Shown here: positions 36,881-46,882 of the stretch, piece after piece
Layout: the number at the start of each line of letters is the position of its first letter
Numbering within the stretch: position 1 is the stretch's first letter
Assembly (NCBI GenBank): GCA_965246885.1
Contig: OZ251992.1
Location: forward strand, 1,536,001-1,600,000
From: Abditibacterium sp.
GTDB lineage: Bacteria; Armatimonadota; Abditibacteriia; Abditibacteriales; Abditibacteriaceae
DNA: 64,000 bases
Direction: 5' to 3'
Notes under the pieces: model-generated
Seen by the model: the letters and a program-made list of their open reading frames with translations, nothing else
What the model was told of the DNA's origin: nothing
Database searches by the model: none
Translations under genes and position numbers: made by a program

Positions 36881-39088
36881 CTACCGCGCCTTTAACACCC
36901 ACACCCGCGCCGAGAAGTCGCCCTCTGATTGGAATTGGAGGCCCGCGTGCATGAGGGCATCGCCGCCCAAGACGAGTGGCGCGGGCGTGTCGGCGGATGG
37001 TGCGCTCAGTTCAACGGGGGTGAGTTCGTAGTCGCGGGCGGGGTTGAGTCCGGCGAGTTTGAGGCGGGCGAGGGGGGCGTTGGGAACCGCAAGGGTTTGC
37101 ACCCACGTCACGAGGGCGGCGTTTTGGTCGGGTGCGACGAACATCCATGCGCTTTCGTTTTGGGCGCCCCGAAAGACGGATTGGAGGGCGTAGTAATCGC
37201 CGCCGTGAATGAGGGCGCGGTGTTCCTTGAAGAACGCGACTTGCGCTTTGGTCGCGGCTTGGTCTTCGGGGGAGAGTTTGCCGAGGTCGAGTTCGTAGCC
37301 AAAAGTGCCCGCAAGCGCGACGGCGGCGCGGGTGGAAAAGGGCGTGGTGCGGTGGACTTGGTGGTTGGGCACGTCCGAAACGTGCGCGCCCATCGAGACG
37401 CTCGGATAAGCGAGCAGGGTGCCCTCTTGGATGCGCAAGCGCGCGACCGCGTCGGTGTTGTCGCTGCCCCACACCTGCGGCATGAAAGGGAGCAGGCCCA
37501 AGTCGAAGCGCCCACCGCCGCCGGAGCAACTCTCGAAAAGGACTTTCGGAAAGCGGCGCGTCAGTTCGCCCAACACGCGATACAAGCCGAGGATGTAGCG
37601 GTGCGCCGTTTCGCGTTGCTGTTGCGGCGGCAAAAGCGCGGAGCCGACTTCGGTCATGTGGCGATTCATGTCCCACTTGATGTAGCCGATGTTCGCATCC
37701 GACAGAACTTTGGAAAGCGTCTCGATGAGGTAGTCTTGGACGTCGGCGCGCGACAGGTCGAGGATGAGTTGGTTGCGCGCTTCGGTGCGGCGGCGGTCGG
37801 GGGTGTGCAAGCACCAGTCGGGGTGCGCGCGGTAAAGGTCGGAATCGGGCGACACCATTTCCGGCTCCAGCCACAAACCGAACTGAAGGCCCAAGGCATT
37901 CAAGCGGTTAGCGAGGGAACTGAGTCCGTGCGGAAACTTGATCGGGTGCGGCGTCCAATCGCCCAGCGAGGTCGTGTCGTCGTCGCGCTGCCCAAACCAG
38001 CCGTCGTCCATGACCAATAACTCGATGCCCGCCGCGCTTGCCGCCTCGCCCAAACGGACGATGGTTTCTTCATCTATATCGAAGTAGGACGCTTCCCACG
38101 AGTTGACCAAGACCGGGCGTGGCTTGTCGCGCCACTCGCCCCGACACAGGCGCGTGCGAATCAGCGCGTGAAACGCCCGCGACATCGAGCCAAAGCCCTG
38201 AGCCGAATAAACCATGACCGCTTCGGGCGCTTGGAACGCCTCCCCCGGCAAGAGTTGCCAGCCGAAATCGAAGGGGTTGATGCCCGTTTGCACCCGCGCC
38301 ACGCCGAACTGGTCTACCTCGACCTGACCCAAATGGTTGCCCGAATACACGAGGTTAAACCCCCACACTTCGCCGCTTGCTTCGTTCGCGTCGGGAGAAC
38401 ACAGCGCGAAGAACGGGTTTTGAACGTGCGAACTCGCTCCGCGCCGCGACTCGATGGACTGCACTCCGGCGCGAAGCGGCGCGCGCACAATGTCCCGCTC
38501 GCGCGCCCACGCGCCGCTTAGATGCACGAAGTGGTAGTCGCTCGTCGGAAAATCCACGCTCGCCGACAAGACGCGCCGTAACTGCAACGGCGACGCGGAG
38601 CGGTTCTCGACGCGCACGCTCCGCGTGATAGCGCCTGCCTCGAACGCGGTGTAACTGAGAATCAGCGCCGCGCCCGACACGGCGTCGAGCAGTTCGAGTT
38701 CCAGCGTTTGCGCTTCCGCGTCGTCTTCGACATAAAACGACGGCAAACCCGCCAACTCCAGCTTGCCCGCGAAGATGCGGTGCGAATGGTAGATGAACTC
38801 GCCTGCCGTCGCGCCGTTCGCGCTTTGAATCTCCACGAGCGGCGAGCGGAAATCGCCGCCGCCGAAGGCGGGCGCTTCTTGGGGCAGTAGGTCGAGCGAG
38901 AACCCATGCGAAATTTCCGGCGAAAACGCGCGGCCCCGTCGCTCGCCTAACAAGTGCGTCCCGTTCGCTTCCCGCAACGGCGACCCGAAATACAAGTGCG
39001 CCACATGGCCAGACGGCAAAACGGACAAGACGTAAGAGCAGGCGCGCGTTTGGAGGTGGAAGACCCCGTCGGAAAAAGTGATCGGCAT
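36881..39088 (-). CDS. GH36 alpha-galactosidase
   Basis: NSWEASYFD, VMDDGWFGQR, FGLWLEPEMV, YIKWDMNR, ESCSGGGGRFD, GYELD. Confidence 0.95.
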   Translation of the reverse strand: MPITFSDGVFHLQTRACSYVLSVLPSGHVAHLYFGSPLREANGTHLLGERRGRAFSPEISHGFSLDLLPQEAPAFGGGDFRSPLVEIQSANGATAGEFIYHSHRIFAGKLELAGLPSFYVEDDAEAQTLELELLDAVSGAALILSYTAFEAGAITRSVRVENRSASPLQLRRVLSASVDFPTSDYHFVHLSGAWARERDIVRAPLRAGVQSIESRRGASSHVQNPFFALCSPDANEASGEVWGFNLVYSGNHLGQVEVDQFGVARVQTGINPFDFGWQLLPGEAFQAPEAVMVYSAQGFGSMSRAFHALIRTRLCRGEWRDKPRPVLVNSWEASYFDIDEETIVRLGEAASAAGIELLVMDDGWFGQRDDDTTSLGDWTPHPIKFPHGLSSLANRLNALGLQFGLWLEPEMVSPDSDLYRAHPDWCLHTPDRRRTEARNQLILDLSRADVQDYLIETLSKVLSDANIGYIKWDMNRHMTEVGSALLPPQQQRETAHRYILGLYRVLGELTRRFPKVLFESCSGGGGRFDLGLLPFMPQVWGSDNTDAVARLRIQEGTLLAYPSVSMGAHVSDVPNHQVHRTTPFSTRAAVALAGTFGYELDLGKLSPEDQAATKAQVAFFKEHRALIHGGDYYALQSVFRGAQNESAWMFVAPDQNAALVTWVQTLAVPNAPLARLKLAGLNPARDYELTPVELSAPSADTPAPLVLGGDALMHAGLQFQSEGDFSARVWVLKAR

Positions 39089-39103
39089 GGAAGCCAGAAG
39101 ATT

Positions 39104-40150
39104 TTAACGCGCGGGGCTTTGAGGGTGGAACAGGATGAGAAGCAAAGCGGCGGCGCCAACCAGTTTGGCGACAGGCGACCCGACCACAATGTTGAGCGCG
39201 CTCATGCCCGCGTACGCGCCCAACCCCACGCGCAGCGCGCCCACCGCGCCGCCGCGAACCGCGCATCGTCCGACACACAACACCCACGCCCCCCAACCGA
39301 ACGCGAACGCCCACAACGGCATGCCACGCGAGAAAGCGAGTGCGCCCACCAACAACACGGGCAAAAAGGCGGCGCCCAGCCATGCGCTGCGCCCGATGGA
39401 CAAACGGCCCGCGTCGGGCGACGACTGGCCCGCATCGGGGAACGACGACCAAGCACCGGGCCGCGTCCGACCCGCGCCGGGAAATGTTCCACCCGCACCG
39501 GGGAATGTTCGCCCGGCGTCGGGCGCTCTTTGCCAAGCGCGGGGAGCCGTCCACCCGCCCCGCCATAGCGAAGCCGCGACTACGCTTGCGCCGATGCCCG
39601 CCCACAATCCCCAAAAACCGGGCGGCGCGGTGTGTGGGCGCTGCGAGAAGTACGTCGTAGAAATCAGCGCGACGACCAGCAAAAGCGCGCCCGCCGACCA
39701 CCCGGACAGCCACGTCGCTCCGGCGGTTTGCGGGCGCAATCGCTCGATCAGCAGAAGCGGCGTCACGATGGCGAACAGCGAGTGATACGCGCAAATGACC
39801 AGCAGCCAACCCCAGTTGACGCCGCCCGCGCCGACGTGCCCATCGAACAAGCCCCAAGGAACATGGCGGTTGAGAAACAGCGTCTTGGCGACGAGTCCCT
39901 CGTTGAACAACCCGTAGCCAAACCCCGCGAGTAACAGCCCGCCCAATGATACCCCACGCCGCAACGCCCATTCGCGCAGCAGCAAAATGGGAAACCCGTA
40001 AATTGGAATCAGCCCCCACGCATGAGTCACGAAATCCCAAGGCGTGCCATTCGAGGACAGCACCTCGGCCATGAACGGGCACACGAGACACAGTGTCGCC
40101 GCCGAAATGCGGGTGTCGCGGCGTGTGGGGCGGTGGAGGGATGTGGTCAT
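39104..40150 (-). CDS. Hypothetical multi-TM protein with an in-frame heptad insertion
   Basis: YGLFNEGLVAKT, YHSLFAIVTP; start trimmed to ATG 40150 because the longer start lies in a REP. Confidence 0.65.
   Translation of the reverse strand: MTTSLHRPTRRDTRISAATLCLVCPFMAEVLSSNGTPWDFVTHAWGLIPIYGFPILLLREWALRRGVSLGGLLLAGFGYGLFNEGLVAKTLFLNRHVPWGLFDGHVGAGGVNWGWLLVICAYHSLFAIVTPLLLIERLRPQTAGATWLSGWSAGALLLVVALISTTYFSQRPHTAPPGFWGLWAGIGASVVAASLWRGGWTAPRAWQRAPDAGRTFPGAGGTFPGAGRTRPGAWSSFPDAGQSSPDAGRLSIGRSAWLGAAFLPVLLVGALAFSRGMPLWAFAFGWGAWVLCVGRCAVRGGAVGALRVGLGAYAGMSALNIVVGSPVAKLVGAAALLLILFHPQSPAR
39408..39554. repeat. Degenerate 21-nt tandem array (7 units), in frame
   Basis: CCCGCGTCGGG.., CCCGCATCGGG.., CCCGCGCCGGG.., CCCGCACCGGG..; encodes PDAGRTF/PGAGGTF/PGAGRTR/PGAWSSF/PDAGQSS. 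Confidence 0.82.
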
Positions 40151-40157
40151 GCCATTC

Positions 40158-40225
40158 GTAGGGACGCTGCTTGCCGCGTCCACCTCGAAACGCTTTGAAG
40201 AGGACGCGGCAAGCAGCGTCCCTAC
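40158..40225. repeat. GTAGG...CCTAC REP-like doublet (perfect 24-bp inverted repeat)
   Basis: GTAGGGACGCTGCTTGCCGCGTCC ... GGACGCGGCAAGCAGCGTCCCTAC. Confidence 0.85.
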
Positions 40226-40232
40226 GGTCTGT

Positions 40233-42038
40233 CTAATGCGACAGGCGAGAATCTAAGCGGTCTAACTCGTGCCATAATTCCTGCGGCAGATGTTCGCCGA
40301 AGGTATCGTAAAACTCCTGAATTGAAGCTACCTCGCGCTTCCATTCTTCGATGTCCACCGCCAGCAGTTCCGTCATCGCCGCGTCCGAGACATCCAAGCC
40401 CGTCACGTCCAACTCGCGCGGCACCCAGCCGATGGGGGTGTCGAGGGCGTCGGCCTGCCCATCGGTGCGCTCGAAGATCCATTTGAGGACGCGGATGTTG
40501 TCGCCGAATCCGGGCCACAGAAACTTCCCGTCGGCGCCGCGCCGGAACCAGTTGACGCCGAAGATGAGCGACATTTTGTCGGGCGTGGTGCTTTGCGGGA
40601 TTTCGAGCCAGTGGGCGAAATAGTCGCCCATGTGGTAGCCGCAAAAGGGCAGCATCGCCATCGGGTCGCGGCGGATTTGGCCGACTTGACCGCTCGCGGC
40701 GGCGGTGGTTTCGCTCGCAATGGTGGAGCCGATAAAGACCCCGTGCGCCCAATCGCGCGCTTGAAAAACGAGGGGCACCGTCGCAGGGCGACGCCCGCCG
40801 AATAGGATGGCTGAGATGGGCACGCCGCGCGGGTCGTCGTAGGCCGGGTCAATGACGGGACACTGCGACGCGCGCGCGGAAAAGCGGGCGTTGGGGTGGG
40901 CCGCGGGCGTGAGCGAGTCGGGCGTCCAAGAGTTGCCGCGCCAGTCGGTGAGATGCGCCGGTTTCTCGTCGGTTAAACCTTCCCACCACACGTCGCCGTC
41001 GGGCGTGCGCGCCACGTTGGTGAACACAACGTCCCGCTTCAAGGTGCCGATGGCGGCGGGGTTTGTCGCGGGGCTTGTGCCCGGCGCAACGCCGAAGAAG
41101 CCGAACTCCGGGTTGACGGCATACAGGCGCCCGTCGGCTTTGACGCGCAGCCACGCGATGTCGTCGCCGACGCACTCGATCTTCCAACTGGGCAGGGTGG
41201 GCGTCATCATGGCCAAGTTCGTTTTGCCGCACGCGCTTGGAAACGCGGCGGCGAAGTATTTCTTGCGCCCTTGGGGGTTGGTGATGCCCAAAATCAGCAT
41301 ATGCTCGGCCATCCACCCCTCGTCGCGCGCCATGACGGACGCGAGGCGTAGCGCGAAGCACTTCTTGGCAAGAAGCGCGTTGCCGCCGTAGCCGCTCCCG
41401 AAACTCCAAATTTGCCGCGCTTCGGGAAAATGCGCGATCATGCGCGCGTCGGGGTTGCACGGCCACGCGACATCCGCCTCACCTTCCTTTAAAGGCGCGC
41501 CAAGGGAATGAACGCACTTGACAAAATCCTCGCGCGCTCCCAAAGGCCGCAACACTTCGTGCCCACAGCGTGTGGTCAACCTCAGCGACAAGGCGACGTA
41601 GGGCGAATCGGTGATCTCGACGCCGATGCGCGCGATGCGCGAATCGAACGGCCCCAGACAAAACGGCACCACGAACATGGTGCGGCCCCTCATGCAGCCA
41701 TCGAAGAGGCCGAGCAGGTGCGACTTGGTGGCTTTGGGGTCGCGCCAATTGTTGGTCGGGCCAGCGTCTACGGGACGTTTGGAGCAGATAAAGGTCTGCT
41801 CCTCGACGCGCGCGACATCGCGCGGGTCACTTCTCGCCAAGAAGGAGTTCGGGCGCAAGTCTGGGTTGAGTTGTTCGAGCGTTCCCGCTTCGACCATGCC
41901 ATCGGCGAGCCATTCGTATTCCGCTTCGCTCCCATCGCACCAGTGCACGGCATCAGGCTGGCAAAGCGCGACCTTGCCAGCGACCCAGTCAAAGAGCGCC
42001 TCGTTCTGCGTGATTTCAAGGGGAAAGGGGATGTTCAT
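40233..42038 (-). CDS. pckG: Phosphoenolpyruvate carboxykinase (GTP)
   Basis: [49 protein letters not shown]. Confidence 0.96.
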   Translation of the reverse strand: MNIPFPLEITQNEALFDWVAGKVALCQPDAVHWCDGSEAEYEWLADGMVEAGTLEQLNPDLRPNSFLARSDPRDVARVEEQTFICSKRPVDAGPTNNWRDPKATKSHLLGLFDGCMRGRTMFVVPFCLGPFDSRIARIGVEITDSPYVALSLRLTTRCGHEVLRPLGAREDFVKCVHSLGAPLKEGEADVAWPCNPDARMIAHFPEARQIWSFGSGYGGNALLAKKCFALRLASVMARDEGWMAEHMLILGITNPQGRKKYFAAAFPSACGKTNLAMMTPTLPSWKIECVGDDIAWLRVKADGRLYAVNPEFGFFGVAPGTSPATNPAAIGTLKRDVVFTNVARTPDGDVWWEGLTDEKPAHLTDWRGNSWTPDSLTPAAHPNARFSARASQCPVIDPAYDDPRGVPISAILFGGRRPATVPLVFQARDWAHGVFIGSTIASETTAAASGQVGQIRRDPMAMLPFCGYHMGDYFAHWLEIPQSTTPDKMSLIFGVNWFRRGADGKFLWPGFGDNIRVLKWIFERTDGQADALDTPIGWVPRELDVTGLDVSDAAMTELLAVDIEEWKREVASIQEFYDTFGEHLPQELWHELDRLDSRLSH

Positions 42039-42138
42039 GGAATTAATCGCTTTGTTTTCCCGAAACGGGACGAGACGGGCAGTGTAAGGCGCGCAGTTTG
42101 CCTATTCTTCCCTTGATTCCATAGCAGGAACAACTCCG

Positions 42139-42777
42139 ATGAAAAAACTCTTGATGACGGGCCTCGCCCTTTCCCTTGTTGCTGGCGCCCATGCCAAGCC
42201 GATGAAGATGATGGCGCCCATGCCCTCGACCCCTGAACAAGTGGCGCCGCTTAAAAACGCCGTCGCCGCGAACTACGACCGCCTTTATACCCTCGCCGCC
42301 AGCGCAACCAACCTCAACGAAGTGGCGCTGGGCAAATTGGCCATGACGCACACGCGCAACCCCGACGTGCTCGCCATCGCCAAAATGACCCTGACCGAAC
42401 ACGGCGCCGCCGAGCGCGACCTCGCCGCCGCCGCGCGTGCCGAAGGCTTCCCCCTCTCGCCCGATCCCGGCCCGGTTAACAAAGCCTTCGGGGAGAAACT
42501 GGCCACCTTACGCGGCGCGGCATTCGACAAGATGTATCTCGCCGCGCAAGTCGCCGGTCACGAGACGGCCATCACCCTGACTACGCACGAAGTCGAAACC
42601 GGCCAGAACGCGCGCATCAAAGCCTACGCGTCCAACAAGCTCCCCGGCATCATCGGTCACACCTCGATGATCTACACCTGCGCCGCCAAATTTGGCGCGC
42701 CCGGCTCTAACCTGCGCCCCGCCGCCGTCAAAAAAGCCGCGATGGAAGTTGCCATGAAGAAAATGGGCAAGATGTAG
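42139..42777 (+). CDS. DUF4142 exported protein
   Basis: Signal peptide; EVALGKLA...EH...LRGAAFDKMYLAAQVAGH. Confidence 0.8.
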   Translation: MKKLLMTGLALSLVAGAHAKPMKMMAPMPSTPEQVAPLKNAVAANYDRLYTLAASATNLNEVALGKLAMTHTRNPDVLAIAKMTLTEHGAAERDLAAAARAEGFPLSPDPGPVNKAFGEKLATLRGAAFDKMYLAAQVAGHETAITLTTHEVETGQNARIKAYASNKLPGIIGHTSMIYTCAAKFGAPGSNLRPAAVKKAAMEVAMKKMGKM

Positions 42778-42792
42778 TTCCAACCCACCCAA

Positions 42793-42824
42793 AAAGCCCC
42801 GCGACGGATCCGTCGCGGGGCTTT
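42793..42824. terminator. Bidirectional hairpin between convergent genes
   Basis: Perfect palindrome AAAGCCCCGCGACGGATCCGTCGCGGGGCTTT. Confidence 0.75.
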
Positions 42825-42826
42825 CG

Positions 42827-44509
42827 TTATCCGCTTTCCAAACACCGGCGCCACGCGCGAAGCGCCCAACCCCACAGCGCCGCGCACACGCCAGCCAGCG
42901 AGAGCAGCATGGGAGAGACGGGCGCGGCGTCCGTTCCACCCACCACAAGCGCGCGGATGGGAACCAGCCACACCACTTCAATCGGTGCGGGCGCCGCAAA
43001 CAGCATCGGCGAAAAGACGGCGGGTAACACCAAGAACAAGACCACCAACGCGCCCAACGTCGCGGGCGTTGCTAATGTCACCGCCCGAAAACGCAGCCCG
43101 CACACGGCTCCAAGGAGAGACGACAGCAAGAGCAACCCCGCACCAATGCACGCTTCCTCCGCGATGCGAAGAGGGCTTGCGGGAAGTGCGGCCAAACCCA
43201 AGCCAACGAGTGGAATCCCCCAAAAGCGTGCGCCGAGCAGAATGGGCGTGACGACTTTGGCACCCACGATTTGCGGAGGGGATAGCGCTGTCAGTTGCAG
43301 TTGCGCCATCATGTTGCCCGCCCGCTCGCGCGCCCATCCGCCCGACGAGAGTAGCGCGGTCTGCACCGTCGCCGCGCCGATAAGGAGGTCGAAACAGACG
43401 TGCAACGTCGTCGCTACCCCCGAAGTTATCACGCCCAAGAGAGCCAGCGCAGCCCCGACGAGAAGCGCCGCGCGAATCGAAAAGACCGGCGCTGGTTCGC
43501 CAATGAGGAGCACCCGCCGCCACGCCCGCAGTTGCGTTCGCACGTCACGTTCTGCCAACACGTTGCGAGATGCGAGGGCTTCCAATTGTAAATCGAGCTT
43601 AGACGGAGGCGGTTCCAGTAGGCCGCGCTCCACCTGCGCCGCGTTCATGGTGCGCGCCAACTCCTGCGCGCTCATCGGCTCTCGCGCCTGCTTTGCGCCC
43701 GCCGACATCCTCAGAAGTTGCGGCTCCAAGCGTAGGGGAACGGTGTCCGGGTCTGGCGACCAGTCAGGCGTTTGCGGCGCGTCTATTTCGAGGTGACGGG
43801 TCAGGAAATAAATCTCCTCCTCGACGCGCCGTAGCAAATAAAGCGGCAACATCGCCGCCACCACGCCGCCCGCCAACAGAAGTTCTGGTGCAAGTGACGG
43901 CGCCAGATACAGGAGCGGGCACGCGAAAAAGCCCACCACCCACGTTCTGACCGTCGCGTCCAAGATGGCCGATGAAACCGTCTTGTGAGTTGCCGACACC
44001 GCTGACCCCATTGCGCACGACGCGAGCGCGACGCCCACGCACAGCGTGTTCGCCGCCACAAAATCCATGGGGGACACACCGCCCAACGGAAAACACAGCG
44101 CCGCAACGGGAAGCGGCGCGACCACCAACACAAGCGCGAACGACGCGAGCGAACTCCACTTGGCCCGCACGATTTGGCGGCTCTCGATACCCGCTAAGGC
44201 CAACTCCGGCAACGACCGCCTCTCCCGCTCCAACGCCAAGACGGGCGCACCCAACAGCAAACCAAGTGGCACCCATCCCGCGATTTGCCACGCCACGAAA
44301 TGCCAAAACAGTGGCGCCCCCAACCCCAACCCCTGCTTGGAAAACGGGATTTCGCCCTGCGGCACGAGCGCCCCGTAGAACACCCGCGCCAAAATCGCCA
44401 GCGCCCCCGCATACGCGCCCAGCAGCAAAAATGTCCAAGGCCGCCGCCAGCGCCCGCGCACTTCGCGCACCCACAACGGGTCACGTTCTTTGGCCGCGCG
44501 GGGAAACAT
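42827..44509 (-). CDS. ABC-2-type permease-like protein with duplicated domain
   Basis: ALERERRSL..L...IVRAK and ARERAGNM..LQLT.L...IVGAK repeats; many TM helices. Confidence 0.7.
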   Translation of the reverse strand: MFPRAAKERDPLWVREVRGRWRRPWTFLLLGAYAGALAILARVFYGALVPQGEIPFSKQGLGLGAPLFWHFVAWQIAGWVPLGLLLGAPVLALERERRSLPELALAGIESRQIVRAKWSSLASFALVLVVAPLPVAALCFPLGGVSPMDFVAANTLCVGVALASCAMGSAVSATHKTVSSAILDATVRTWVVGFFACPLLYLAPSLAPELLLAGGVVAAMLPLYLLRRVEEEIYFLTRHLEIDAPQTPDWSPDPDTVPLRLEPQLLRMSAGAKQAREPMSAQELARTMNAAQVERGLLEPPPSKLDLQLEALASRNVLAERDVRTQLRAWRRVLLIGEPAPVFSIRAALLVGAALALLGVITSGVATTLHVCFDLLIGAATVQTALLSSGGWARERAGNMMAQLQLTALSPPQIVGAKVVTPILLGARFWGIPLVGLGLAALPASPLRIAEEACIGAGLLLLSSLLGAVCGLRFRAVTLATPATLGALVVLFLVLPAVFSPMLFAAPAPIEVVWLVPIRALVVGGTDAAPVSPMLLSLAGVCAALWGWALRAWRRCLESG

Positions 44510-44539
44510 GGCGGGGAGTGTAGATTGGCGGTGACGCCC

Positions 44540-45493
44540 TCACCCTGCCCGCAAGCCAAAGTCGCCCATGCCAAAGCCTTTGGGTTCGGGCAAATGCGCG
44601 CGCACCTGCGCGTCCGCAAAACGGGTGCGCGGCACTAAATCGGCGGGGAGCGGCGACGCGACGCCAACGGGCAGGGCGCTTTCCACTGGCTCGGACAGCA
44701 TGAAAACTTGCGCCGATGAGATGAGCGGGATCGGCATCAACCGCTCGAAAATCTGCGCCAGAACTTGGTGCCCCACAACGGGAAACGGGAAGACCAGCAC
44801 CGGGCGGCGAATCAGGCGCGCCACTTTATGCACCGCGTCGGACAAACGCATTCTGTCCGGCCCCAACACGGCGACCGTTTGATGGGACAGGCGCCCCTGC
44901 GTCAGGCACGCGAGGACAACCTTGACGACGTCTTCGACCGCGACGGGCCGAATCGCTTTCTGGCGCAAGCCCACCGTCGCAAACAGCGGGAAAGAGTGCA
45001 GCGTGTGCGACAGATGGTCGAGCATATGGTCGCCGCGCCCATACGTCATGCCCGGCTTGAGAATCGTCCAGTCGAGGTCGCTCGCCCGCACAATTTGCTC
45101 GGCGGCCCACTTCGATTCGTGATACGCCGAGCCGCAACTGGGACGCGCCCGCACGAACGACAGCAGCGCCAGCTTCGGCACGCCCGCGCGCCGGGCCGCT
45201 TCGACCACGTTGCGCGTGCCCCCAACGTGAACGCGCTCATACGTTTGCTCGCCGATTTCGCGGTTGATTCCCGCACAGTGCGCGACGCCGTCGCAGCCCG
45301 CGAACGCTTGGGCTAATTGCTCCACCGAGTCCGTGCCGACAGCCAGAAAGCGAACGCCCGCCAACTCCCGTATCGCCAAGTCGCGCGTATCGCGCCCACG
45401 CGACAGTAACACGACCTCATGCCCATCCGCGACCAAGGCGCGAGCGAGATGGCGCCCGACGAAACCGGTGCCTCCGGTAATGGCGATTTTCAT
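44540..45493 (-). CDS. NAD(P)-binding epimerase/NDUFA9-like protein
   Basis: TGGTGFVG, YHESKWAAE, WTILKP. Confidence 0.85.
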   Translation of the reverse strand: MKIAITGGTGFVGRHLARALVADGHEVVLLSRGRDTRDLAIRELAGVRFLAVGTDSVEQLAQAFAGCDGVAHCAGINREIGEQTYERVHVGGTRNVVEAARRAGVPKLALLSFVRARPSCGSAYHESKWAAEQIVRASDLDWTILKPGMTYGRGDHMLDHLSHTLHSFPLFATVGLRQKAIRPVAVEDVVKVVLACLTQGRLSHQTVAVLGPDRMRLSDAVHKVARLIRRPVLVFPFPVVGHQVLAQIFERLMPIPLISSAQVFMLSEPVESALPVGVASPLPADLVPRTRFADAQVRAHLPEPKGFGMGDFGLRAG

Positions 45494-45505
45494 GGTGCTT
45501 GGAAT

Positions 45506-46771
45506 TTAGCGGCTTCCGGCGATGACGCCGTGCGCGCGGTCTTTTTGGAGTTGCGAGGCCGTCGTGATGCCTTCGCGCTGGGTAATGCCCAAGTTCGCGC
45601 CGGGCTGGATGAGGTCGGCCTTTTGGCTGGACAAAAGCGTCTCGACATCGGTGACGCCCTCCAAGCCGCGCGAGAGGACGTTGTAAAGCGGATTGCGCTC
45701 GACGGGGTCCCTGCCTACTTCGAGAATCATCTCGACCAGTTCGCGCGAAGTCAGCACTTGCTTGCGGTCGCGGGTGGGGTCGCGGATGATTTCGTATTCC
45801 ATGATGGTGCCGTCCACATCATCCGCGCCGAACCAAAGGGCCGCTTGCGAGACGGGCGCGGTGTTCATAATCCAGAACGTCTTGATGTGCGGGAAGTTAT
45901 CCAGCATGAGGCGCGCGACGGCGATTTCGCGCAGGTCTTCCACGCCTGTTGGCGCCGGTAGCTCTTCCATCGCCGTCTTTTCCGGGTGCCACGAGAGCGG
46001 GATAAAGGTGAGGAAGCCGCCGGTTTCGTCTTGCAGTTCGCGCAGGCGTAGGAAGTGCTCGACCTTTTCGGGCGTCTGCTCCACATGGCCATACAAGAGT
46101 GTCGCGTTCGACTTGATGCCCGCAATGTGCGCGGCGCGCGCCAATTCCAGCCAGCGCTCGGCATTGGGTTTGGCGAAGAAGAGGTCTTCGTGAACGCGCT
46201 CGCTCATCACTTCGGCGCCGCCGCCGGGAATGGCGTCCAGCCCGGCGGCTTTCAAGTCGGCATAAACCTCCTCTGGCGCTTTCTTGGCCGCGCGCACGAT
46301 TTGGTCTATCTCCACCATCGTGAACGCTTTGATGTGCGCCTTGGGCCGGGCGGCTTTGATGGCTATCAGCAGTTCGAGGTAGTAAGCGTAGGGCAGCTTG
46401 GGATTGACGCCGCCGACGATGTGGATTTCGCTAATCGGCACGTCGCCGTAGTTGGCCACCTTTTGCGCAGCCTGCTCTGGCGTCATGGTGTAGGCGCGCG
46501 GGTCGTCCTTTGGCTTTGCATAAAACGAGCAGAACAGGCAACCTTTATTGCACACGTTGGTGTAGTTGATGTGTTGGTTGCGCACCCAGTAGGCGACATT
46601 GCCGTTTTTTTGCTCGCGGACGAAGTTCGCTAAGTGTCCAACGGCGTTCAGGTCGGAGGCGCGATACAGCGTCAGGCCGTCCTCGAACGAGAGCCGCTCG
46701 CCGCGCGCGACCTTGTCGGCGATGGCGCCAAGGCCCGCGCGTTCGAGGCGGCTTTGGAAAACGGGATTCAT
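45506..46771 (-). CDS. mqnE: Aminodeoxyfutalosine synthase (CofH/MqnE radical SAM)
   Basis: NYTNVCNKGCLFCSF, HIKAFTMVE, PGGGAE, SNATLLYGHVE, LRELQDETGGF, HIKTFW, FGADDVDGT. Confidence 0.85.
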   Translation of the reverse strand: MNPVFQSRLERAGLGAIADKVARGERLSFEDGLTLYRASDLNAVGHLANFVREQKNGNVAYWVRNQHINYTNVCNKGCLFCSFYAKPKDDPRAYTMTPEQAAQKVANYGDVPISEIHIVGGVNPKLPYAYYLELLIAIKAARPKAHIKAFTMVEIDQIVRAAKKAPEEVYADLKAAGLDAIPGGGAEVMSERVHEDLFFAKPNAERWLELARAAHIAGIKSNATLLYGHVEQTPEKVEHFLRLRELQDETGGFLTFIPLSWHPEKTAMEELPAPTGVEDLREIAVARLMLDNFPHIKTFWIMNTAPVSQAALWFGADDVDGTIMEYEIIRDPTRDRKQVLTSRELVEMILEVGRDPVERNPLYNVLSRGLEGVTDVETLLSSQKADLIQPGANLGITQREGITTASQLQKDRAHGVIAGSR

Positions 46772-46882
46772 ACCGGGAAAAACGAACGGGACGATGGGGG
46801 GACGCCCACTTTTTTCGATTGAGAGAACAGAGGCAGAGTAGGAGACAGTTCGGGTAAATTATTCGGCGATTTCGGAGGATTT

